From positions 1,607-65,606 of the forward strand of contig CAWCWZ010000063.1 in the NCBI GenBank assembly GCA_963799395.1: a stretch of 64,000 bases of DNA, written 5' to 3'. The notes under the pieces were generated by a model. That model saw nothing but the letters and a program-made list of their open reading frames with translations, did not search any database and had not been told where the DNA came from. The position numbers and the translations under genes are program-made. The DNA is from an uncultured Actinomycetes bacterium (GTDB lineage Bacteria > Actinomycetota > Thermoleophilia > UBA2241). Shown piece after piece: positions 25,483 to 33,745 of this stretch; the first letter of the stretch is position 1, and every line of letters begins with the position of its first letter.

Positions 25483-27795
25483 GTGAGACTCATCGTCACC
25501 GAGAAAGACTCAGCCGCGCAGAAGATCGCCCAGATCCTGGGCGGCAGCGTGCGCGTCACCGAACACGGCCGCGGCCGCCAGCGCGTCAAGTCCTATGCCT
25601 TCGAGTGGGACGGCGCCCCGACCGTGTCGGTCGGGCTGCGCGGCCACGTCATGGAGACGACCTTCCCCAACACCTACCGCCGCTGGAGCCTCAAGTACCT
25701 GGATCAGATGATCCGCGAGCCCGACCTCGCCTGGGTGGTCGACGGCGACAGCGTCTCGACCGTCGCCGCCCTGCGCAGCGTCGCCAAGGGCGCGACCGAG
25801 ATCATCGTGGCCACCGACTACGATCGCGAGGGTGAGCTGATTGGCGAGGAGGCGCTGCGCATACTGCGCGGCGACGCCCTGCGGCGCCACCCCCACGACA
25901 AGCCCGAAAAGCCGGCCCGCGGCGCCAAGAAGGCGGCGGGGCGGGCGCGTCCCGCGCCCGCCCCGCCGCCCGACCCAGACGGCGACGGCGACGACGGCGC
26001 GGTGCGCCTCAAGCCGGCGGTGCCGCCGGCGGTCGTCGACCGCCATCACCGGGCGCGCTACTCGGCGCTCACGCCGGCCGAGGTCAAGCGCGCCTTCGCC
26101 AAGCTCGACACGCTCGACTTCAAGCTCGCCGACGCGGCTCACACGAGGCAGGACATCGACCTCATCTGGGGCGCCGTCCTCACCCGCTTCATGTCCCTGG
26201 CAAGCTACCGTTACGGCAGCGACTACCTGTCGATCGGGCGCGTGCAGACGCCTACCCTGCGCCTGGTCGTCGACCGCGAGCTCGAACGGCGGGCCTTCGT
26301 GCCGGTGCCCTACTGGGAGATCAAGGCCGAGCTCGAAGCCGGCAGCGGCGAGCGCTTCACGGTCGAGCACGCCAAGGGCCGCTTCCTGGCCGTCGCCGAC
26401 GCCGAGACGGCCCTCGCCGGCGCCCAGACCGACTCGGCCGAGGTCACGGCCTACGCCACCACGCCACGCTCGCTGGCGCCGCCGGCGCCGTTCAACACGA
26501 CGGCGCTCATGAGCGCCGCCTCGGGCGCCGGGGTCGCTCCCTCGCGGGCCATGAAGGCGGCCGAGTCGCTGTACCTCGACGGCCTCATCAGCTACCCGCG
26601 CACCGACAACACGGTCTACCCGCCGTCGCTCGACCTGCACGCGGTGCTGCACGAGCTGGCCCGCCACGGGCCGGTATCGTCGATCGCCGCCGAGCTCGCC
26701 GGCCAAGCGGCGCTCAAGCCGACCCGCGGCAAGAAGCGCACCACCGACCACCCGCCGATCTACCCGGTCGGCGTGCCCAGGAGCGAGCTGCACGGCGACC
26801 AGGCGCGCGTCTACGACCTCGTCGTGCGGCGCTTCCTGGCCACCCTGCTGCCGGCGGCGGTGATCGAGGGCCAGCGGCTCGACGTGCGCCTCGGCAGCGA
26901 GCCCTTCGTGGGCCGCGGCAGCCGCGTCGCCAGGCCCGGGTTCCTGCGCGCCTGGCAGCCCTACACCGCCGACCGCGAGCGCCCGCTGCCGCAGGCGGCC
27001 GTGGGCGACATCCTGGCGGTCCTGGGCGTGCGCCTCGACGCCAAAGAGACGCAGCCGCCGGCGCGCTTCGGCCAGGGGCCGCTGATCGAGAAGATGGAGG
27101 AGCTTGACCTGGGCACCAAGGCCACGCGCGCCGACATCATCCAGCATCTCTACGACCGCAACTACGTGCGCGACAACCCCGTCGAGCCGACCGAGCTCGG
27201 CATCGCCGTCATCCGCGCCTTCGACGCCGCCGTGCCCAGCGGGCCGCTCGACATCTCCTCGCCGGCGATGACCGCCCGGCTCGAAGAAGAGATGGACCGC
27301 ATCGCCCTCGGCGACCTGCAGAAGGAACGGGTCGTGGGCGACAGCCAGGAGCTGCTGGCCCAGGCCCACCAGGCCCTCGAGGGCCAGATCGAAGCCATCC
27401 GCGCCGAGATCAAGGGGGCCGTGCGCGAAGACATGACGCTCGGCGTCTGCGCCACCTGCGGCGGCGAGCTGCGCATCCTGCGCGGCAAGACCGGCAAGCG
27501 GTTTGTGGCCTGCGTGGGCAAGGAGGGCGACGAAGCGAAGGTGCCCGAGGGCGCGCCCGCAGGCACGCGGCCGCGGCGCGGCTGCGGGCAGACGTTCCCG
27601 CTGCCGCAGCGGGGTGCTATCATCGCCAAAGGGACCAACTGCCCCACCTGCGGTTGGCCCGAGATCACTGTGCTCACGTCGAGCGGCCGCGGGCGACCAT
27701 GGCAGCTCTGTCTGGATCCCGATTGTCCCACCAAGGTGAACTACAAGAAGCGGGCGTCCAAGCGGCCCGGCTCGCGGGGGGCGGCTTCTTCGTAA
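25483..27795 (+). CDS. topA: type IA DNA topoisomerase (Toprim plus topoisomerase core, two C-terminal C4 zinc ribbons)
   Basis: 770 aa with a Toprim N-terminus (MRLIVTEKDSAAQKIA...), a core region containing the probable active-site Tyr (...GLISYPRTDN...), and C-terminal motifs CATCGG…C and CPTCGWPE…CLDPDCP. The topA-tmk-holB order is common in actinobacteria. Confidence 0.75.
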   Translation: MRLIVTEKDSAAQKIAQILGGSVRVTEHGRGRQRVKSYAFEWDGAPTVSVGLRGHVMETTFPNTYRRWSLKYLDQMIREPDLAWVVDGDSVSTVAALRSVAKGATEIIVATDYDREGELIGEEALRILRGDALRRHPHDKPEKPARGAKKAAGRARPAPAPPPDPDGDGDDGAVRLKPAVPPAVVDRHHRARYSALTPAEVKRAFAKLDTLDFKLADAAHTRQDIDLIWGAVLTRFMSLASYRYGSDYLSIGRVQTPTLRLVVDRELERRAFVPVPYWEIKAELEAGSGERFTVEHAKGRFLAVADAETALAGAQTDSAEVTAYATTPRSLAPPAPFNTTALMSAASGAGVAPSRAMKAAESLYLDGLISYPRTDNTVYPPSLDLHAVLHELARHGPVSSIAAELAGQAALKPTRGKKRTTDHPPIYPVGVPRSELHGDQARVYDLVVRRFLATLLPAAVIEGQRLDVRLGSEPFVGRGSRVARPGFLRAWQPYTADRERPLPQAAVGDILAVLGVRLDAKETQPPARFGQGPLIEKMEELDLGTKATRADIIQHLYDRNYVRDNPVEPTELGIAVIRAFDAAVPSGPLDISSPAMTARLEEEMDRIALGDLQKERVVGDSQELLAQAHQALEGQIEAIRAEIKGAVREDMTLGVCATCGGELRILRGKTGKRFVACVGKEGDEAKVPEGAPAGTRPRRGCGQTFPLPQRGAIIAKGTNCPTCGWPEITVLTSSGRGRPWQLCLDPDCPTKVNYKKRASKRPGSRGAASS

Positions 27796-28472
27796 CCCTC
27801 GAAGGCATCGACCGCTCGGGCAAGACGACCCAGGTCGAGCGCCTCTGCGCGTCCCTCACCGCCCGCGGCCTGCCGGTGGGCGTGGTGGGCGTGCCGGGGG
27901 GCTCGCTGCGCGAGCCCGGCGGCACGCCCGCGGGCGAGGCCATCCGCGACCTCCTCCTGCACCGCGCCCACGACGTCGCCCCCTGGACCGAGGCGCTGCT
28001 CTACGCCGCCGCCCGCGCCCAGCTCGTGGCCGACATCGTGCGGCCGTCCCTCGAGAGCGGTCTCATCGTCGTGCTCGACCGCTACATCGACTCGTCGCTC
28101 GCCTACCAGGGCTTCGCCCGCGGCCTGGGGATCGACGAGGTGCTCGAAGTGAGCGTGCGCGCCACCGGCGGTCTTCTGCCCGACCTCACCCTGCTGCTGC
28201 GGGTCGACCCCGAGCGGGCGGCCCGCCGTCCCGGCGGGCCGCCCGATCGCCTCGAAGCCGAGGGCCGGGCGCTGCAGGAGCGCGTCGCCCAGGGCTACGA
28301 CGAGCTCGCGCGGCGCTACCCCGAGCGCATCGTGGCGCTCGACGGCGAGCGCCCGGCCGCCGCGGTCGCCGCCGACGTCGAGCGGGCGACACTGGCCGCG
28401 CTCGACGCGCTGACGGCGCCGGTGGCGCCGGCGGCGTCGCCCACAGCGCGGAGCGGACACGGTGTTCGCTGA
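27699..28472 (+). CDS. tmk: thymidylate kinase
   Basis: P-loop FFVTLEGIDRSGKTTQ, and the DRY motif (VLDRYIDSSLAYQG). The start is ambiguous: the ORF opens at 27654 and overlaps the 3' end of topA, and a G6 run at about 27775 makes an indel possible. I took the second in-frame ATG. Confidence 0.7.
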   Translation: MAALSGSRLSHQGELQEAGVQAARLAGGGFFVTLEGIDRSGKTTQVERLCASLTARGLPVGVVGVPGGSLREPGGTPAGEAIRDLLLHRAHDVAPWTEALLYAAARAQLVADIVRPSLESGLIVVLDRYIDSSLAYQGFARGLGIDEVLEVSVRATGGLLPDLTLLLRVDPERAARRPGGPPDRLEAEGRALQERVAQGYDELARRYPERIVALDGERPAAAVAADVERATLAALDALTAPVAPAASPTARSGHGVR

Positions 28473-29577
28473 CATCCCCGGACAGGCGCGGGCCAAGGCC
28501 TACGTGGCCGGAGCGCTCGCCCACGGGGCGGGCCACGCCTATCTGCTGGCCGGTCCCGAAGGGCTCGGCAAGCGCCGCTTCGCGCTCGAGCTCGGCGCCC
28601 ACCTGGTGGCCACCTGCGGCGGCTGCGGCGGCTGCGACGAATGCGACCGCCTGGCCCGCGGGGTGCACCCCGACCTCGTCGTGATCGAGCGCGAGGGCGA
28701 GTTCATCCGCATCGAGCAGATCGCCGAGCTCATCGCCGACCTCAGCCTCAAGCCGTTCACGTCGAGCCATCGCGCCTGGATCGTGGTCGAGCCCGAGCGC
28801 CTGAACGTCGAGGCCGCCAACACCTTTCTCAAGAGCCTCGAGGAGCCGCCCGACGACGTCCACTTCATCCTCGTGTCCGACGCGGCCGAGCGCGTGTTGC
28901 CGACCATCATCTCGCGCTGCCAGATGGTCGAGTTCCAGCCCGTGCCCGACGAGGACCTCTGCGCCTTTCTCGTCGCCCGCGAGGGCCTCGACGAGGGGCG
29001 TGCCGCGGTGCTCGCCCGGCTCGCCGGCGGCTCGCTCGAGCGGGCTCTGCGCCTGGCCGGCGACGACCGCGGGCCGCGGCACCGCGAGCGCTACCTGCGC
29101 CTGTCGGCCGGCATCGTCCTGCACGACCGCGACGCCGAGCGCGCCTTCGTCGACGAGGTCGGCAACGCCGAGGCCGCGGCGGCGGGCGATGTCGAGACCG
29201 ACATCGCCCGCCGCCGCGGCGAGCTCGAGCGCAGCGTGCCCGACGACCGCGAGCGCGCCTTTCACGCCCGCCGCCTCGACGCCCTGCAGCGCCGCGAGCA
29301 GGCGCGCGTCGCCCGCCTGGCGGCGCTCGACGCGCTCGACGACCTCGCGAGCTTCGTGCGCGACGTCTGGGCGGTCGGGCTCGGCGCGGCCGACGCCGTC
29401 GCCAACCGCGACCGGCTGGCCGAGCTCGAGCACGCCGCCGTCGCCCGGCCCGACATCTACGCCCGCCTGCTCGACTGCATGGGGCGCACTCGCCGGGATC
29501 TGTCCCTGAACATCGACCGCAGGCTCGCCCTGCAGGCCATGTTTGCCCGCTTCCAGGAGGTCTGGGAAAGTGCCTAG
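28462..29577 (+). CDS. holB: DNA polymerase III subunit delta-prime
   Basis: 371 aa AAA+ clamp-loader fold (HAYLLAGPEGLGKRRFA, zinc-module cysteines CGGCGGCDEC, SRCQMVEF box). Confidence 0.8.
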   Translation: MFADIPGQARAKAYVAGALAHGAGHAYLLAGPEGLGKRRFALELGAHLVATCGGCGGCDECDRLARGVHPDLVVIEREGEFIRIEQIAELIADLSLKPFTSSHRAWIVVEPERLNVEAANTFLKSLEEPPDDVHFILVSDAAERVLPTIISRCQMVEFQPVPDEDLCAFLVAREGLDEGRAAVLARLAGGSLERALRLAGDDRGPRHRERYLRLSAGIVLHDRDAERAFVDEVGNAEAAAAGDVETDIARRRGELERSVPDDRERAFHARRLDALQRREQARVARLAALDALDDLASFVRDVWAVGLGAADAVANRDRLAELEHAAVARPDIYARLLDCMGRTRRDLSLNIDRRLALQAMFARFQEVWESA

Positions 29578-30388
29578 GATCGTCAGCGTCGTCTTTGGTG
29601 ACGGCGGCAAGATCTACCATTTCGACCCGGGCTCCCTCGAGCTCGGGGTCGGCGACCAGGTCGTCGTCGAGACGTCCCGCGGCACCGACTTCGGTCGTGT
29701 CGTCGAAGGCGTCCGCGAGCTGTCCGAAGGCGAGACCCGCCAGGGACTGCGGCGGGTCACGCGGGTCGCGGGGCCGGCCGACCGCGAGCAGGTCGCCGCC
29801 AACCGCGAGCGCGAGGGCGAGGCGATGCTGCTGGCCCGCGAGCTCGCCGCCAAGGCCGGGCTCGCCCTGAAGGTGGTGTCGGCCGAGAGCACGTTCGACG
29901 GCCGCCGGATCACGCTGTCGTTCTTCTCCGAGGACCGGGTCGACCTTCGCGAGCTCGTCGGGACGCTCTCGGAGCGCCTCGGCCGCCGGGTCGAGATGCA
30001 TCAGGTGTCGGCCCGCGACGAAGCTCGCCTGGTCGGCGGCTACGGGCCCTGCGGCCGCCACCTCTGCTGCGCCAGCTTCTGCGGCGACCAGGAGCCGGTC
30101 TCGATCCGCATGGCCAAAGACCAGAACCTGCCCCTGAACCCCTCGAAGATCTCGGGCTGCTGCGGCCGTCTCATGTGCTGCCTCAAGTACGAGCACGGCG
30201 TCTACGTGTCGTTCAAGCAGCGGGCGCCGCGCCGGGGCGCCATCGTTACGACCCCGGCGGGGCGGGGAAAGGTCACTGAGCTCCTGGCGCCCGCCGACAG
30301 CGTCTCGGTCGATCTGGGCGAGGGGCGGGTAGTGACGTGCCGGCTGGCGGAGCTTTCCGCCGACACACCCCGCAAGGAGGGCGAATGA
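29570..30388 (+). CDS. PSP1 C-terminal domain protein (RicT/YaaT-like)
   Basis: GTG start overlapping the holB stop (VPRIVSVVFGDGGKIYHFDP…). Contains the Cys-rich PSP1 segment (GYGPCGRHLCCASFCGDQEPVSIRMAKDQNLPLNPSKISGCCGRLMCCLKYE). Confidence 0.75.
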   Translation: MPRIVSVVFGDGGKIYHFDPGSLELGVGDQVVVETSRGTDFGRVVEGVRELSEGETRQGLRRVTRVAGPADREQVAANREREGEAMLLARELAAKAGLALKVVSAESTFDGRRITLSFFSEDRVDLRELVGTLSERLGRRVEMHQVSARDEARLVGGYGPCGRHLCCASFCGDQEPVSIRMAKDQNLPLNPSKISGCCGRLMCCLKYEHGVYVSFKQRAPRRGAIVTTPAGRGKVTELLAPADSVSVDLGEGRVVTCRLAELSADTPRKEGE

Positions 30389-30618
30389 CCGCGACGAGGC
30401 ACATCGTGCTGAACGTGCCCGACGTCTCCTGCAACCACTGCAAGATGGCGATCGAGGGCGCCGTGTCGGGCCTCGCTGGGGTCGACCGGGTCGAAGTCGA
30501 GATCGCAAGCAAGAGCGTCGCCGTGTACTTGGACGACGCCGGCGACATCGGCGCCGTCCGGGCGGCGATCGAAGAAGAGGGCTACCCCATCGCCGGGGAG
30601 CACGAGTTCGCCATCTGA
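30385..30618 (+). CDS. heavy-metal-associated (HMA) domain copper chaperone-like protein
   Basis: Internal ATG (MTATRHIVLNVPDVSCNHCKMAIEGAV…) overlapping the ricT stop (ATGA). Carries the metal-binding motif CNHC (the family signature is MxCxxC). Confidence 0.7.
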   Translation: MTATRHIVLNVPDVSCNHCKMAIEGAVSGLAGVDRVEVEIASKSVAVYLDDAGDIGAVRAAIEEEGYPIAGEHEFAI

Positions 30619-30684
30619 AGGACGGCGCCGGCGCCGGGGTGGTGCCGCGCCCGGAGGGCTGGTACGATATCGCACCGTGTCCGT

Positions 30685-30760
30685 GGGCCGTTAGCTTAGC
30701 TGGTAGAGCAGGGGACTCTTAATCCCAAGGTCGAAGGTTCGAATCCTTCACGGCCCACCA
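30685..30760 (+). tRNA. tRNA-Lys (anticodon CTT)
   Basis: 76 nt: GGGCCGTTAGCTTAGCTGGTAGAGCAGGGGACTCTTAATCCCAAGGTCGAAGGTTCGAATCCTTCACGGCCCACCA. Cloverleaf with anticodon loop CTCTTAA and an encoded CCA. Confidence 0.9.
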
Positions 30761-30869
30761 CGACGTTCGACCACCTCCCAAGAGCTGTTGCCGTCGCCGG
30801 ATGCGCGATGCTAGTGTCAGGGCGACGCCGCCGACGCCGCGGCGACGCGGGAGAGCGAAGGGACCAGGT

Positions 30870-31670
30870 GTGAAGGGCAAGCTCAACCTGCGCGATTCGG
30901 GGATCGAGCTGACACGCTCGTGGCGCGGAGCGCTGCCCTCGGGGGCCCGCGACGCGCTGCGCCAGCTCTTCATCCTGCTCGCCTGCTATGCCGCCTACGA
31001 CGTGGCCAGGGTCGCGGTGCGCGGCCGCGACTCAGTGGCCATGGCCAACGCCCAGGGCGTCATCAACGCCGAGAAGGCCCTCCACATCTACGTCGAGCCT
31101 TTCATCCAGACCATGGCCAGCCACGTGCACGTGCTGGTCGAGTTCATGGACTGGTTCTACGCGAGCGTGCACCTCCCGGCGACGATCCTCATCCTCGTGT
31201 GGATCTACCTGTACCGCAACGAGACCTTCGCCTTCTTTCGCAACGTGTTCCTCACCATGAACCTGCTGGCGATGACGGTCTTCGCCCTGCTGCCCGTCGC
31301 GCCGCCGCGACTCGTACCGACCTCGGGCGTGGTCGACACGCTCTACCTGTACTCCACGAGCAACTACCGCAGCGGCGTCCTGTCCTTTGTCACCGACCAG
31401 TACGCCGCCCTGCCCAGCCTCCACATCGGCTACGCGCTGTTCCTCTCGCTCGCCATCTTCCTGCTCACCAAGAACCGCCTGGCGCGCGTGCTGGCGGCCG
31501 TGTACCCGGTCGTCGTGCTGGCCGCCATCATCATCACGGGCAACCACTTTCTGCTCGACGCGGTCGCCGGCGCGGTCGTGCTGGCCGTCGCCTTCGTCGC
31601 CAACTACGGCATCGCGCCGCAGGCCGCGCCCGAAGCCATCAGGGTGTACACACGCGGCGCCGACCGATGA
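30870..31670 (+). CDS. PAP2-superfamily membrane phosphatase (acid phosphatase / lipid phosphate phosphatase-like)
   Basis: Polytopic membrane protein with PAP2 motifs (…SLHIGYALFLSLAIF… and …TGNHFLLDAV…). The start is taken at an internal GTG; the ORF is open from 30801. It sits immediately upstream of the PIP synthase gene. Confidence 0.6.
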   Translation: MKGKLNLRDSGIELTRSWRGALPSGARDALRQLFILLACYAAYDVARVAVRGRDSVAMANAQGVINAEKALHIYVEPFIQTMASHVHVLVEFMDWFYASVHLPATILILVWIYLYRNETFAFFRNVFLTMNLLAMTVFALLPVAPPRLVPTSGVVDTLYLYSTSNYRSGVLSFVTDQYAALPSLHIGYALFLSLAIFLLTKNRLARVLAAVYPVVVLAAIIITGNHFLLDAVAGAVVLAVAFVANYGIAPQAAPEAIRVYTRGADR

Positions 31671-31677
31671 CCGGGGC

Positions 31678-32292
31678 GTGAGCCTCAAAGACTCCTACAC
31701 GGCGGGGGTCCGCCGGGCCGCGGTGCCGCTGGCCGGGCGCCTCGTTAACGGCGGCCGCGTCACGCCCAACGCCCTCACGCTCGGCGGCCTCGTCCTGAAC
31801 GTCGCCACCGTGCCGCTCATCCTCAGCGGGCACTTCATCTGGGCGGCCGTCGTGCTCCTGCTGGCCGGCGTCTGCGACATGCTCGACGGCGCCGTGGCGC
31901 GCCTCTCCGAGCAGGTCACGCCGTTCGGCGCCTTCCTCGACTCGACGAGCGACCGCCTCTCCGAGGGCGTCGTCTTCATGGCGATCGGCGTCTGGTTTGC
32001 CCGCAACGGCCACTACTGGGACCTCGCCGCCGTCTTCATCGCGCTCATGATGAGCTTTCTCGTCTCGTACACGCGGGCCCGGGCCGAAGCTCTCGGCCTC
32101 GAGTGCAAGGTCGGTCTGGCCTCGCGCCCCGAGCGCATCGTGCTGCTCCTGGTCGGCCTGGTCTTCGCCCGCTACGACGTGCTGGCCGTGATGGTCTGGG
32201 TGATCGCCGCGGCGACCACCTACACCGTCTTCCAGCGCATCCTCCACGTGCACCGCCAGCTCGCCGCCGGCAGGCGCGGGGCGACCGTCTGA
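31678..32292 (+). CDS. pgsA: CDP-alcohol phosphatidyltransferase (phosphatidylinositol-phosphate synthase, PgsA1-like)
   Basis: 205 aa with the CDP-OH-P transferase motif D(x2)DG(x2)AR…G(x3)D(x3)D (CDMLDGAVARLSEQVTPFGAFLDSTSDRLSE). It is adjacent to ino1, as in actinobacterial PI biosynthesis loci. Confidence 0.75.
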   Translation: MSLKDSYTAGVRRAAVPLAGRLVNGGRVTPNALTLGGLVLNVATVPLILSGHFIWAAVVLLLAGVCDMLDGAVARLSEQVTPFGAFLDSTSDRLSEGVVFMAIGVWFARNGHYWDLAAVFIALMMSFLVSYTRARAEALGLECKVGLASRPERIVLLLVGLVFARYDVLAVMVWVIAAATTYTVFQRILHVHRQLAAGRRGATV

Positions 32293-32481
32293 CGGTCGCC
32301 CGCCGGCGCCGCTCCGCGCCCGCTCGACGCGCGCCCGGCGCCCGCCCGCCCGGCGGGGGCGATACCCCGCTGTGGTATACTCCGCTGCATTCACGGGAGG
32401 TTCGCGCGGTCGCTCGGCGACCGCGCTTCCGATCACCGTCGGGCCGGTCTTGCCGGCCGCGAAGTGGAGGGGAGACATACC

Positions 32482-33585
32482 TTGACTAACCCGGTTCGCG
32501 TGGCCATCGTCGGCGTGGGCAACTGCGCGTCGTCTCTTGTCCAAGGCGTCGAGTTCTACAAGAACGCCAAGAAGACCGACTTCGTCCCCGGGCTCATGCA
32601 CCCGGTGGTCGGCGGCTACCACATCCGCGACATCGAGTTCGTCGCCGCCATCGACATCGACGCGAACAAGGTCGGCAAAGACCTCTCCGAGGCGATCTTC
32701 ACCACCCCCAACAACACCATCAAGTTCGCCGACGTGCCGGCCAAGGGCGTCACGGTCGCCCGGGGCATGACCCACGACGGCCTCGGCAAGTACCTGTCCG
32801 AGATCATCACGAAGGCGCCGGGCCCCACCGCCGACATCGTCGGCATCCTCAAGGAGACGCAGGCCGACGTCGTCGTCAACTACCTGCCGGTGGGCAGCGA
32901 AGAGGCGACCAAGTGGTACGCCGAGCAGGTCCTCACGGCCGGTTGCGCCATGGTGAACTGCATCCCCGTCTTTCTGGCCCGCGAGCCCTACTGGCAGAAG
33001 CGCTTCGTCGAAGCCGGCGTGCCGATCATCGGCGACGACATCAAGAGCCAGGTCGGCGCCACCATCGTCCACCGCGTCCTCACCCGCCTCATGCGCGAGC
33101 GCGGCGTCAGGCTCGAGCGCACCAGCCAGCTGAACGTCGGCGGCAACACCGACTTTCTCAACATGCTCGAGCGCGAGCGCCTCGAGTCCAAGAAGATCTC
33201 CAAGACCAACGCCGTCACCAGCCAGCTCGACTACGACATGGGCGCCGCCAACGTGCACATCGGCCCCAGCGACTACGTCAAGTGGCTCGACGACCGCAAG
33301 TGGGCCTACATCCGCATGGAGGGCCGCACGTTCGGCGACGTGCCCCTGAACATCGAGCTCAAGCTCGAGGTCGTCGACTCGCCGAACTCGGCCGGCATCG
33401 TGATCGACGCCGTGCGCTGCGCCAAGATCGGGCTCGACCGCGGTCTCGCCGGTTCGCTCGAGGCGCCGAGCTCGTACTTCATGAAGTCACCGCCGGTGCA
33501 GCACCCCGACGACGAGTGCCGCGAGCTCACCGAGGAGTTCATCAGCGGCGAGGGCCGCGGCGCCACGGCGGTCTGCCAGGGCTAG
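32482..33585 (+). CDS. ino1: myo-inositol-1-phosphate synthase
   Basis: TTG start preceded by a GGAGGGGAG ribosome-binding site (the ORF is open from the GTG at 32464). Contains the NAD-binding motif [18 protein letters not shown] and conserved MIPS core segments ([22 protein letters not shown]). Confidence 0.85.
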   Translation: MTNPVRVAIVGVGNCASSLVQGVEFYKNAKKTDFVPGLMHPVVGGYHIRDIEFVAAIDIDANKVGKDLSEAIFTTPNNTIKFADVPAKGVTVARGMTHDGLGKYLSEIITKAPGPTADIVGILKETQADVVVNYLPVGSEEATKWYAEQVLTAGCAMVNCIPVFLAREPYWQKRFVEAGVPIIGDDIKSQVGATIVHRVLTRLMRERGVRLERTSQLNVGGNTDFLNMLERERLESKKISKTNAVTSQLDYDMGAANVHIGPSDYVKWLDDRKWAYIRMEGRTFGDVPLNIELKLEVVDSPNSAGIVIDAVRCAKIGLDRGLAGSLEAPSSYFMKSPPVQHPDDECRELTEEFISGEGRGATAVCQG

Positions 33586-33745
33586 GGGCGGCGGCCCGCA
33601 GGGCCGCCGCACAGCGGGCGGCGCGGGCCGGGGAACGACGGGCGCTCCGCGAGGGGCAGGGGGAGTAGGGCCGGCCGGCGCTCAGCCGACACCGCGAGTC
33701 GTGGCCGGGCTTGGGGCAGTGGACGCAGCAGGCTACAGGATCGCG

